Origin: Planctomycetota bacterium
GTDB lineage: Bacteria > Planctomycetota > Phycisphaerae > Phycisphaerales > SM1A02
DNA length: 30,329 nt
NCBI GenBank assembly: GCA_039029515.1
Contig: JBCCFX010000017.1
Location: 1 to 30,329, forward strand
Direction: 5' to 3'
A program made the translations under genes and the position numbers. Under the pieces are notes generated by a model. It made no database searches, was not told where the DNA came from, and saw nothing but the letters and a program-made list of their open reading frames with translations. This document shows, piece by piece, positions 1 to 8,563 of this stretch (within the stretch, counting starts at the first letter, position 1; each line of letters begins with the position of its first letter).

Positions 1-2
1 AC

Positions 3-263
3 ATTTCGCACGCCGTCCGAAATGTCGCCCTGAGAATCCAGGGCATTAACGGACCACGCGGCGGCGTAAACAAGCAATGCCGCCTGATGGTTCATCTGAC
101 CTCCGGCGAGCCCATCGTCATCGAAGACATTGATGATGATGTCTACCGAGTCGTGGACCGTGCGGCTGATCGCGCCAAACGCAGCGTCATCAAGCGCGTT
201 GATCGGCGACGCGACAGACGCCGCCGCGCCGACCGAGACCGCGACGCACTCCTCGCGGCATGA
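3..263 (+). CDS. C-terminal fragment (5' end outside window) of a ribosome-associated inhibitor / hibernation-promoting factor (RaiA/HPF-like) protein
   Basis: Frame 3 is open from the window edge to TGA at 261-263. Translation ...HLTSGEPIVIEDIDDDVYRVVDRAADRAKRSVIKRVDRRRDRRRRADRDRDALLAA resembles the RaiA/HPF C-terminal helix (D-x-Y-x-A-I-D...KLERQLRKHK pattern). Followed by a strong terminator. Confidence 0.4.
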   Translation: MSHAVRNVALRIQGINGPRGGVNKQCRLMVHLTSGEPIVIEDIDDDVYRVVDRAADRAKRSVIKRVDRRRDRRRRADRDRDALLAA

Positions 264-344
264 GCAACGTGACGTTCGCCTCACACTGACCTTCTTCCTT
301 CTCCTCTTTCTCCTCCCGCCGCTTTGCGGCACCAAACCAACAGG

Positions 345-390
345 AAACCACGAACCACACGTGACCCACACGCGTGGTTCTGTGGTTTTT
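345..390 (+). terminator. Rho-independent terminator: roughly 18-bp imperfect stem (AAACCACGAACCACACGTG / CACGCGTGGTTCTGTGGTTT), loop ACCCA, then TTTTT
   Basis: Inverted repeat read directly in the sequence; one mismatch and one bulge. T-run at 386-390, immediately downstream of the HPF-like stop. Confidence 0.65.
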
Positions 391-608
391 GGGCCTGCGA
401 TGTTTCGGCACCGTTCATGCGCCGTGACGATGCGACCAGCTCTTCCAGGCCGCAAGGTGCGCCTGATCTTCGCAGGCCATGAAGTCATATGACAACAAGG
501 ACTTTTCGGACCAATGGCTGGTGCGAATGGCACGCGAATCGTCCGATGACAAGGGGATAGGAATCCCAACGCGCCGCAAGCATGCCGTACGGAAGAGAGA
601 GAACACGG

Positions 609-863
609 ATGTCCGATCACCAGCGACTCGTCAATTCATGCGCGTACGCCCTGCTCGCTGGCGTCGCCATCGGTTCGTTCATTCTTCCCAAGGACATGCT
701 CGCAGCGCAGTCGGTCCACGCCGCGCCGATGCCGGATGGACAGACCTTCCTACTCGAAGATGATCCCGTGTTCACCGAATCGACAGACGTGACGGAACCG
801 GTGATCGAATCACCGTTGCCAACGTCGAGATCAGCACCGACGCCCCATTCGTTGCCGAATTGA
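609..863 (+). CDS. hypothetical small protein (84 aa) with a hydrophobic N-terminal segment (possibly exported)
   Basis: ATG at 609 preceded by a purine-rich GAGAGAGAA. N-terminus MSDHQRLVNSCAYALLAGVAIGSFILP is signal-peptide-like. G/C-rich third positions. No family recognised. Confidence 0.25.
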   Translation: MSDHQRLVNSCAYALLAGVAIGSFILPKDMLAAQSVHAAPMPDGQTFLLEDDPVFTESTDVTEPVIESPLPTSRSAPTPHSLPN

Positions 864-916
864 CCGCCATTGGCGACGCCATGAACTACCACCCGTACGA
901 CCAGCCCGCGACGAGC

Positions 917-936
917 GAATCAAATTTTCTTGATTC
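917..936. promoter_or_regulatory. AT-rich perfect palindrome GAATCAA-ATTTTC-TTGATTC upstream of the TPR lipoprotein gene; candidate transcription-factor operator
   Basis: 7-bp inverted repeat with 6-nt spacer in an otherwise GC-rich intergenic region, about 130 bp upstream of the ATG at 1066. A short GCAGG...CCTGC hairpin follows at 943-959. Confidence 0.3.
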
Positions 937-1065
937 TTGTGGCAGGGTCCGAGCCTGCTTTGCGCCCTGATCTTCTGGCGTGACGTACAGTTTCCATCTG
1001 GATCGACCCCACGCCGGGGCCGACAGGCGGAGTGAACACATCGTCACGCGCCAAGGAGATCACGT

Positions 1066-2766
1066 ATGAAACGCAGAACGCTGGCCATCGGCATCGGCAT
1101 CTGGCTCGTTTTCGGGGGTGGATGCGCGAGCGAGCAGACTGTCGACCGATCGATCGCCCCGACCGTCACCGGTTCACGACTCTACGACGGCCTCGATGTC
1201 TATCACTTCCCCATCACGACCGATTCCGCGGAAGCGCAAGCCTGGTTCAATCAAGGCCTGCTGTGTCTGTACGGCTTCAATCATGGCGAAGCGATCCGAT
1301 CGTTTCGCGAGGCGGCGATTCGTGATCCACAGGCCGCGATGCCGTATTGGGGCATCGCGTACGCCAACGGTATGCACGTGAACCTTGCGGAGATCTCCGA
1401 AGCGCAATGGCAAGCGGGCGCCGAAGCGATCGAACAAGCAAAGCTGCGCATCGACCGCGAGACTCGACTCGAAGTCGCACTGATCAACGCGCTGTCTGCA
1501 CGCACCGCGTGGCCAGTCCCTGACGCTCAGCGACCATACGACGAGGCATTTGCTGCCGCGATGACGGACGTGTACGCCCAGTGGCCGGATCATCCGGATG
1601 TCGGCGTGATCTACGCCGAGTCGATGATGAACCTTCAGCCGTGGGATTACTGGACCGCCGACCTTGAACCCAAGGGCAAGACGACAACGTTCGTCCGCGT
1701 GCTCGAACGCGTGCTCGAACGTGATCCATCTCATCCGCAAGCGTGCCACCTGTACATTCACGCCATGGAAGCAGGACCGAACCCTGAACGAGCCGAAGCC
1801 GCAGCAGATGCGTTGCGCGATCGTGTTCCCGGCGCCGGCCACCTGCAGCACATGCCGTCACATCTCTACGCTCGTGTCGGTCGGTATGCAGATGCCGCGG
1901 ATGTGAACGTCGACGCCGTGGCAGCGGATCATGCGTTCTTCGAAGCTGGTACTGAACCCGGCATGTACTGGGTGTATCACGCACACAACCTGCATTTCCT
2001 CTCGTTCGCCGCCATGATGGAAGGCCGCTACGACACGGCGATGGATGCCGCACGCGAGCTTGAGCGCTGCATGCCCGAAGAAGCGCTCGATCAATTCGCG
2101 TGGCTGATTGAAGGCATCATGGCAACGCCGTATCACGTGCAGATTCGATTCGGCAAGTGGCACGATGTCCTTGAGGAACCTGCACCGCCGGCGAAGCGGC
2201 CGGTCCTGCTCGCCGTCCACCATTACGCCCGCGGCATTGCGCTGTCGGCGCTCGGTCGCACGGATGAAGCACGCGAGGAGATTGCGTTGTATCAGGCGCA
2301 GGCCAGGAACGTGCCGGAGGACTGGTGGGTGTTCTCGAACCAGATTCACGATGTGCTTCCGATTGCGGATCACATGCTTGAAGGCGAGCTTGCGTTCCGC
2401 GAAGGTCGACTTGACGATGCATGGCGCGCCCTGCGCGCGGGCATCGAAGCCGAAGACAAACTCATCTACGATGAACCGCCAGCCTGGATGCTGCCCGTGC
2501 GCCATGCCATGGGCGCACTGCTGATGTCTGCCGGCGAATACGCGACCGCCGAACAGTTGTATCGCGAAGATCAGGCCAAACATCCGGGCAATGGCTGGTC
2601 GTTGCTTGGACTGCAACAGGCACTGCGCGCCCAGGGACGAGACGCCGAAGCGCAGGTGATCACGCCGCAACTGGACATCGCGTGGCGCCGCGTGGATCAG
2701 CGCCCGACGAGTTCATGCCTCTGTGAGCCGGGCACGGCGCCAGTTGCAATGATTCATGGTCATTGA
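1066..2766 (+). CDS. TPR-like repeat lipoprotein (signal peptide + lipobox LVFGGGC)
   Basis: AAGGAG RBS 7 nt upstream of ATG. N-terminus MKRRTLAIGIGIWLVFGGGCAS is a lipoprotein signal. 566 aa, helical-repeat rich (e.g. QAWFNQGLLCLYGFNHGEAIRSFREAAIRDPQAAM), consistent with a tetratricopeptide-like fold. Confidence 0.8.
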   Translation: MKRRTLAIGIGIWLVFGGGCASEQTVDRSIAPTVTGSRLYDGLDVYHFPITTDSAEAQAWFNQGLLCLYGFNHGEAIRSFREAAIRDPQAAMPYWGIAYANGMHVNLAEISEAQWQAGAEAIEQAKLRIDRETRLEVALINALSARTAWPVPDAQRPYDEAFAAAMTDVYAQWPDHPDVGVIYAESMMNLQPWDYWTADLEPKGKTTTFVRVLERVLERDPSHPQACHLYIHAMEAGPNPERAEAAADALRDRVPGAGHLQHMPSHLYARVGRYADAADVNVDAVAADHAFFEAGTEPGMYWVYHAHNLHFLSFAAMMEGRYDTAMDAARELERCMPEEALDQFAWLIEGIMATPYHVQIRFGKWHDVLEEPAPPAKRPVLLAVHHYARGIALSALGRTDEAREEIALYQAQARNVPEDWWVFSNQIHDVLPIADHMLEGELAFREGRLDDAWRALRAGIEAEDKLIYDEPPAWMLPVRHAMGALLMSAGEYATAEQLYREDQAKHPGNGWSLLGLQQALRAQGRDAEAQVITPQLDIAWRRVDQRPTSSCLCEPGTAPVAMIHGH

Positions 2767-2911
2767 CAGACCACCAACGAATGCCGGTCATCGGAATGCT
2801 CGGTCTCAGGACTGGCCGCGATTCGCATTCGCCGTATAGTGATTGATGGACTTCGATCCGACGGTCGCTCGCGCGGCCGTCGGACCGTTCATCACCGTGC
2901 GGGGATGACCA

Positions 2912-3964
2912 ATGCCGATAGATCTTCCGCCTGAAGTGATCCGCGATATCGCCGCCACGGATATCGCTCGCGGGATGCCGGTCCTGCTGCTCTCAATCGT
3001 CGCGGGCATCATCGCACTCGTGCGCTTGCGCCGCCAAACTGGCGTGGCCATCATGATGATCACGGGCGCCTTCCTCCTCGGATTCTCAGCATTGCTGGCA
3101 CCGCTCTACCGAGCGTTCTGCTTCGAACGCGAAATGCTCGGCATGTGGACGTATGAGACCAGCCGGTGGATGGACTGGGTTGGCGGCGGCTTCCTTGGCC
3201 TGCTCGACGCCGGCGGCATACTCCTCCTTGTACTTGCAGGATTCGCAGCACTGCGCGCAGGCAAGCGGTCGCCAGAATTGACCGCTGCAACGACCACCGC
3301 ATCGCCGACGTCATCCCCACTCCCACCCACAGTCAAAGCCACGCCAGCAGTACCCACCGCGGCAACCGCGCCGCCTCGCGTTCCCGTTCCGATCATGAAA
3401 CCGCCCGCGGTGCGACGACGGATTTCCAAAGGCGCGTATCTGGGAGGCATCATTGGTGCATATGCCGTGAGTTTCCTCCTGATGATCCCCGGACTGCTCA
3501 TGATCGCAACTTCGCGGGATGAAGCGGTTGCGGTCGCGGGCTCCGCGATCATCTGCGTGGGCGTCATTCCGTCGATCATCGCCGGCGTCCTGCTCCTCGT
3601 CCTTGTCTGGAAAATGTGGGCGTCGATTCAGGACGGCCAACTCACGCGGACCACGCCCGGGAAAGCCGTCGGATTTCTCTTCATCCCCTTCTTCAATCTC
3701 TACTGGATCTTCACGGTCTATTGGGGCTGGTGTATCGATTTCAATCGCTACTCGGCTGAGCGCCAGGTCGCCGCCCCGCGTGCGCATGAAGGCGTCGGCC
3801 TTACCATCGGCATTCTGATGCTCTGCAGTATGGTGCCCCTGATCGGCTACCTCCCAAGCCTGGTCAACCTGGTGCTTCTCGTTGTTTTCATGAACCGCGC
3901 CATCGACTGCGTCAACGCACTTGTCGCCCATGATGAACAATCCGGAGCCACGATTCCGGCATGA
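2912..3964 (+). CDS. polytopic membrane protein with Pro/Thr/Ala-rich linker and DUF4328-like C-terminal domain
   Basis: Several predicted TM helices. Central low-complexity linker TAATTTASPTSSPLPPTVKATPAVPTAATAPPRVPVP. C-terminal motif TRTTPGKAVGFLFIPFFNLYWIFTVYWGW resembles the DUF4328 signature. Confidence 0.7.
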   Translation: MPIDLPPEVIRDIAATDIARGMPVLLLSIVAGIIALVRLRRQTGVAIMMITGAFLLGFSALLAPLYRAFCFEREMLGMWTYETSRWMDWVGGGFLGLLDAGGILLLVLAGFAALRAGKRSPELTAATTTASPTSSPLPPTVKATPAVPTAATAPPRVPVPIMKPPAVRRRISKGAYLGGIIGAYAVSFLLMIPGLLMIATSRDEAVAVAGSAIICVGVIPSIIAGVLLLVLVWKMWASIQDGQLTRTTPGKAVGFLFIPFFNLYWIFTVYWGWCIDFNRYSAERQVAAPRAHEGVGLTIGILMLCSMVPLIGYLPSLVNLVLLVVFMNRAIDCVNALVAHDEQSGATIPA

Positions 3965-4467
3965 TCACACCACGACTTCGACCACGAATCGAACGCACCG
4001 TCGCCATGCCGGCGAAGGACGTCACATCGCGCATGACCGCACTGCTGGAATCAGCCGCGTGCCCGTGCGAAGGCCTGGTGTTGCCGGCATCCATGGAACT
4101 GCGCGTCCGCGAATCAGACCGACATTTCTGGTCGCCACAACTGAAAGTCATTGTCCATGAGACTGTGGATGGCACATCACTCACGGGACACTTCGGTCCG
4201 AACAGCAACGTCTGGACGATGTTCATGGCGGCGTACGGCATGGTGATCATCAGCGCCATCTTCGGCGTGTTCTTCGGTCTCTCACAGGTCGTCCTTGGCG
4301 ATTCGCCGACCGGCTTGCTCTGCATTCCGATCGCCATCGTGCTCGTGGTCCTGATTTATGTCGCGGCCGGCATCGGGCAGCGCGTCGGTTACGACCAGAC
4401 GACGGTTCTCCGCGATGCACTTGACGCCTCGCTTGACCATGCGCGACCGCAGGACGACTCGCCGTAA
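3961..4467 (+). CDS. hypothetical membrane protein (2 TM helices), translationally coupled to the upstream gene
   Basis: ATGA start/stop overlap with the preceding CDS. Hydrophobic segments VWTMFMAAYGMVIISAIFGVFFGL and LLCIPIAIVLVVLIYVAAGI. Confidence 0.6.
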   Translation: MITPRLRPRIERTVAMPAKDVTSRMTALLESAACPCEGLVLPASMELRVRESDRHFWSPQLKVIVHETVDGTSLTGHFGPNSNVWTMFMAAYGMVIISAIFGVFFGLSQVVLGDSPTGLLCIPIAIVLVVLIYVAAGIGQRVGYDQTTVLRDALDASLDHARPQDDSP

Positions 4468-4485
4468 GTTGCGTACCATCGTCCT

Positions 4486-5388
4486 ATGGCGAACGGTGAT
4501 CGCACCCGTCGCATGGGCCGCATGATTCGGTCAGGATTGCGACGGTATCCACGACATCTCTGGGAATCGCTGGTGCATCACAACCGGCATCACGGTCACG
4601 CGCCGGGCGCGCATCCACCGGGGCTGGAATTCGACGCCTCACTTGGCGCTGTCTGGCTCGGTCATGCAACCGTGCTGCTCCACATTGCTGACCGCTGGAT
4701 TCTGACAGATCCCGTGTTCTCTCACCGCGTTGGCCCGCGCGTCGGCAAACGAACGCTTGGCATCAGTCGTGACCGTCCAATGCCGGTGGATCCGGAGCAT
4801 CTGCCGCACATCGATGTCGTGGTGATCTCACACGCGCATTTCGATCACCTTGATCGCCCCACGCTGGAGCGCCTTGCGCACGAGCGGACGACCGTGATCA
4901 CCGCGGAACGTACCGGCTCACTGATCCCGCCCGGCTTCGCGTCCATCATCGAGCTCTGTCCGGGGCGCGCGGTGCACATCGGTGGCCTGCACATCAAGGC
5001 GATGCCAGTCGCACACTGGGGCTCACGTGTCGCGGTTGATCGCGGCCGTGGTTGCAACGCGTACACGATCGAATCGCCGGACCATCGCGTCGTCTTCGCC
5101 GGCGATACAGCCGAGACGGACGCTTTTGATGACATTGATGGCGCCAACCTCGCCATCTTCGGTATCGGCGCGTACGAACCATGGGAGCACGCACACGCCA
5201 CGCCAGAGCAGGTCTGGCGCATGGTCAATGGCATCGGCGCCGCGTACATGATGCCGATTCACCACTCAACTTTTGAGTTGAGTGATGAAGCCCCGGACGA
5301 CCCCATGCGCCGACTCCTGGAGGTTGCGGGTGACGATGGATCGCGCATCATCGGTCGCACCGTCGGGGAACTCTGGACTCACGAGTAG
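4486..5388 (+). CDS. MBL-fold metallo-hydrolase (NAPE-PLD-like / Zn-dependent hydrolase of beta-lactamase fold)
   Basis: Canonical HxHxDH metal motif in VVVISHAHFDHLD. Downstream Asp/His residues also typical of the metallo-beta-lactamase fold. Confidence 0.85.
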   Translation: MANGDRTRRMGRMIRSGLRRYPRHLWESLVHHNRHHGHAPGAHPPGLEFDASLGAVWLGHATVLLHIADRWILTDPVFSHRVGPRVGKRTLGISRDRPMPVDPEHLPHIDVVVISHAHFDHLDRPTLERLAHERTTVITAERTGSLIPPGFASIIELCPGRAVHIGGLHIKAMPVAHWGSRVAVDRGRGCNAYTIESPDHRVVFAGDTAETDAFDDIDGANLAIFGIGAYEPWEHAHATPEQVWRMVNGIGAAYMMPIHHSTFELSDEAPDDPMRRLLEVAGDDGSRIIGRTVGELWTHE

Positions 5389-5392
5389 GTCA

Positions 5393-6919
5393 TCACAACA
5401 ACGGCGCGAAGAGCTGCGCGGCGTTGTCGCATGCACGCTGAACGCTCGTACGTCGTCGCCAGGACGTGATCGAAATCTGATCGCTCTGATTCGCATAGTC
5501 GCGCTGAAGCATGCGCAGATGGCTCGCGAAGTCTGTGTCATACACCGCCACGGTGATCTCGAAGTTGATCCAGAACGATCGCTGATCGAGATTTGCAGAC
5601 CCGATGAGCGCAATGTCGCGGTCCACCGTAATCGTCTTGGCATGCAACAGTCCCGGACGAAACTCCAGAATCTTCACGCCCGCATCAAGCAGGTCTTCGA
5701 ACGATGCTCGGCTTGCCGCCGCCACCAGGCGTTTGTTGTTGTGCTTCGGCAGGATCACCGTTGTGTCAACGCCGCGCTGCGCTGCTGCCGCCAGGCCGGC
5801 AACAACGGATTGGTCGGGCACAAAATACGGCGATGTCATGATGAGCTCTTCGTGCGCACTGTAGAGTGTCGTCAGGACCGCCGTCTGAATCGCACCGGGC
5901 GTGCTGCCTGGTCCGGATGGAAGAACCTGCACCGCGGACGTCGAACTCGACGCATCAATCGCTGGCGGTTGAATGACCGGCAAGTATCGATCGAGGTCGC
6001 GAATCGGGCGTGGTGAATCCGCATTCCAATCACCGATGAACACGAGTCCAAGCGCTCGTGCCGACGGCCCTTGAATACGAACCGTCGCATCGATCCACGG
6101 TCCGACCCGAGACTTGCGGGAGACGTTGAACGTGTCATCCGTGACATTCTGTGATCCCGTGTACGCGATGGTGCCGTCGACAACGAGCATTTTGCGGTGA
6201 TTCCGAAGATCGATCCGCGCGACCAGCAGACGCAGCGGATTCACCGGAAGCAACTCGAGTACATCCACGCCGCTCGAACGCAGCTTTCGACACAACGAAC
6301 CTTTGAGGAATGACCGACTGCCGGCACCATCGACGGCGACTCGACATTCGACACCGCGATGTGCGGCACGTATGAGCGCTTCCGCGACATCGATCGGATG
6401 GCCTGACTCCTGAAAGATGTACGTCAGCAGATGGACATGCGATGTCGCCGCATCAATGTCCGTAATCATGGAATCCAACGTGCCAACTGCATCGGCGTGC
6501 AGACGCAACTCGTTGCCGACCAGCGCCGGCGAATTACATAAGTTGTTCCCGAGAATCGCGAGATGCTTGAACCGGCGCTCCGACTCATCCCATCGTTGTT
6601 CGCGATGCGCCCACAGCCGGTTGTGAAACGGCTCCAGTGATGTGGTGGTGTCGACAAACCGCTTGAGACGTCGTCGACCGAGCCGGTTCTCCCCGATCAA
6701 CGCATACAGGAATATCCCGGCCAGCGGCAGGAACAATACGACGAGTAGCCACGCATGCGTATTCGCCAGCGGTTGCCGACGCATCAGGACGCGGATCCCG
6801 AAACCGATCTGAATGAACAGCAGCAGACCGACCGACAGCAGTGAGTACAAGGAAAACTCGTCCACAAGGTCATCATATCGCCGCCATGTGATATCTGGCG
6901 AAGTGACCGAACGCCCCAT
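5393..6919 (-). CDS. cls: cardiolipin synthase (phospholipase D superfamily, two HKD motifs)
   Basis: Two N-terminal TM helices (LLSVGLLLFIQIGFGIRVLM and WLLVVLFLPLAGIFLYALIG). HKD motifs HRKMLVVDG and HAKTITVD. Length 508 aa. Confidence 0.9.
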   Translation of the reverse strand: MGRSVTSPDITWRRYDDLVDEFSLYSLLSVGLLLFIQIGFGIRVLMRRQPLANTHAWLLVVLFLPLAGIFLYALIGENRLGRRRLKRFVDTTTSLEPFHNRLWAHREQRWDESERRFKHLAILGNNLCNSPALVGNELRLHADAVGTLDSMITDIDAATSHVHLLTYIFQESGHPIDVAEALIRAAHRGVECRVAVDGAGSRSFLKGSLCRKLRSSGVDVLELLPVNPLRLLVARIDLRNHRKMLVVDGTIAYTGSQNVTDDTFNVSRKSRVGPWIDATVRIQGPSARALGLVFIGDWNADSPRPIRDLDRYLPVIQPPAIDASSSTSAVQVLPSGPGSTPGAIQTAVLTTLYSAHEELIMTSPYFVPDQSVVAGLAAAAQRGVDTTVILPKHNNKRLVAAASRASFEDLLDAGVKILEFRPGLLHAKTITVDRDIALIGSANLDQRSFWINFEITVAVYDTDFASHLRMLQRDYANQSDQISITSWRRRTSVQRACDNAAQLFAPLL

Positions 6920-6930
6920 AGACTCGTTGC

Positions 6931-8172
6931 ATGATCACCAAGACACTGATGATGCTGATGCAGACCGCCACCATGACCGCAAGTCCTGATGATGGCGCCA
7001 TCACGACGTATCGCATCGAACTTGAATCGCCAGGCGGCCCGATGCCATTCGTCCTTGAACTCCGGCATGCAGATCAGGACGTCGTCGCGTCAATCGTCAA
7101 TGGGCCGGAACGCATCGAGTTGCGCGGCGTCATGGCGCATGGCAACGAGGAGACAATCATTCCTTTGATCATCCCCTGCGGATACGCAGATTCGTCGATC
7201 CAGACCGGGCGATGGAACGCTGGCATCGGCACCGGGGTATGGACGAAGCGCCGATCGACCGGCAACGCATCGGTGCCCTGGTCAGCACAAGCCGTGAACG
7301 ACCCGCACGACAGATTTGATCCTGTTGCCGACGCCGGCGACAACCGAGCGTTCGCCGGCCGATGGTCGGTGGACTTCTCATCATCCGATGAACGCGCGAT
7401 CGGCATCTTCGACGTCGATCAGCTACACCGTGCGACCGGTACATTTCTGACCACGACTGGCGACTATCGGTATCTCGAAGGCCGCGTCGATGGCGATCTC
7501 ATGCGTCTCTCCTGCTTTGACGGCGCACACGCATTCTTGTTTCACGCACGCATGCAGGATGACGGCACGATCGATGGCGAATTCTGGTCCGGCAACTGGT
7601 GGCACGAAACCTGGACGGCGACGCGCGATGCAAGCGCTGAGCTTCCTGATGGATTCAAGGAAGTCAATATCGTCGGTGACGGCGATGTGCGCAACCTCAC
7701 ACTGCCGGACCTCAACGGTACATCAACGCAACTTGGCGAATTGCTCGGTCGCGTCACGATCATTGATGTGTTCGGATCGTGGTGCCCGAACTGTGCCGAT
7801 GCCTCGATCCTGCTCCATGAGTTCGAGCAACGGTATCGCGACCGCGGACTGAAAGTCGTCGGCATCGCGTTTGAGGTCTCCGACAATCCAACCGATGCCG
7901 CCAAGAGCGTGACGAAGCACATGCAACAATTTGTCGGCACGGGATCGCCGTGGCCGGTACTCATCGGCGGCAACACCAACAAAGCCGCAGCGGGCGAAGC
8001 GCTGCCGTTCATTGATCGCGTCAAGTCGTACCCGACGCTGTTATTTGTCGACAGCACCGGTCGAATTCGGGCCACATATTCAGGCTATCGCGGACCCGCA
8101 ACTGGTGATGCACACACGACGATGCGCGCGCAGCTCGAACAGACCATCAAGCGATTGCTCGACGACAACTGA
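6931..8172 (+). CDS. TlpA/ResA-like thioredoxin-fold (redoxin) domain fused to a roughly 260-aa N-terminal domain of unknown function; no signal peptide
   Basis: CxxC active site in VFGSWCPNCADAS with surrounding redoxin-fold context (YPTLLFVDSTGRI). The N-terminal two-thirds has no recognisable family. The start is only 11 bp from the divergent cls start, so the true start may be an internal Met. Confidence 0.75.
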   Translation: MITKTLMMLMQTATMTASPDDGAITTYRIELESPGGPMPFVLELRHADQDVVASIVNGPERIELRGVMAHGNEETIIPLIIPCGYADSSIQTGRWNAGIGTGVWTKRRSTGNASVPWSAQAVNDPHDRFDPVADAGDNRAFAGRWSVDFSSSDERAIGIFDVDQLHRATGTFLTTTGDYRYLEGRVDGDLMRLSCFDGAHAFLFHARMQDDGTIDGEFWSGNWWHETWTATRDASAELPDGFKEVNIVGDGDVRNLTLPDLNGTSTQLGELLGRVTIIDVFGSWCPNCADASILLHEFEQRYRDRGLKVVGIAFEVSDNPTDAAKSVTKHMQQFVGTGSPWPVLIGGNTNKAAAGEALPFIDRVKSYPTLLFVDSTGRIRATYSGYRGPATGDAHTTMRAQLEQTIKRLLDDN

Positions 8173-8191
8173 GTCGAGGTCCAACTGGCCA

Positions 8192-8422
8192 TCATTCCAC
8201 TGCAAGTCGATCGAGGACCGTCGTCACCCGATTGATCGCCGACCGATTCAAATCGGAATGGCCATCGATCTCGAATTTGGTTTCCGCCTGACCGTCGGCA
8301 AAGAAGACGACGAGGAGCGGATCGTCCGTCGTGGCCGAGGTGGCCATGGTGACGCGGCTGATCTGCGACAGGTTGATCCAGCGGACTTCCTGATCGTCGG
8401 TTTCGACACGTACGTACTTCAC
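8192..8422 (-). CDS. hypothetical small protein (76 aa)
   Basis: Sits in the otherwise empty 390-bp gap between the redoxin and abgT genes. G/C-biased third codon positions. GGGAG about 9 nt upstream of ATG on the minus strand. No family recognised. Confidence 0.45.
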   Translation of the reverse strand: MKYVRVETDDQEVRWINLSQISRVTMATSATTDDPLLVVFFADGQAETKFEIDGHSDLNRSAINRVTTVLDRLAVE

Positions 8423-8563
8423 GACTGCGATCTCCCAGTGAGATTGAACGCAGACTGTCCTCCGTGAGCAGCATAGCCCGCCCGCCGCGAGTCGTCACGA
8501 TGTGGATCGGCTCGACACCACGTTTGTGCGGATGCCGTACAATCCGCGACCGGAGAATTTCGC

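Noticed and set aside
283-318. CT-rich polypyrimidine tract considered as a possible repeat or CRISPR-like element
   Set aside because: Single tract, no spacer-repeat periodicity. Read as low-complexity sequence upstream of the terminator.
1174-2670. Minus-strand ORFs of 225, 189 and 270 aa inside the TPR lipoprotein gene
   Set aside because: Antisense to a CDS with a clear RBS, lipoprotein signal and coherent repeats. The translations are Arg/His-rich with no domains. Typical GC-rich shadow ORFs.
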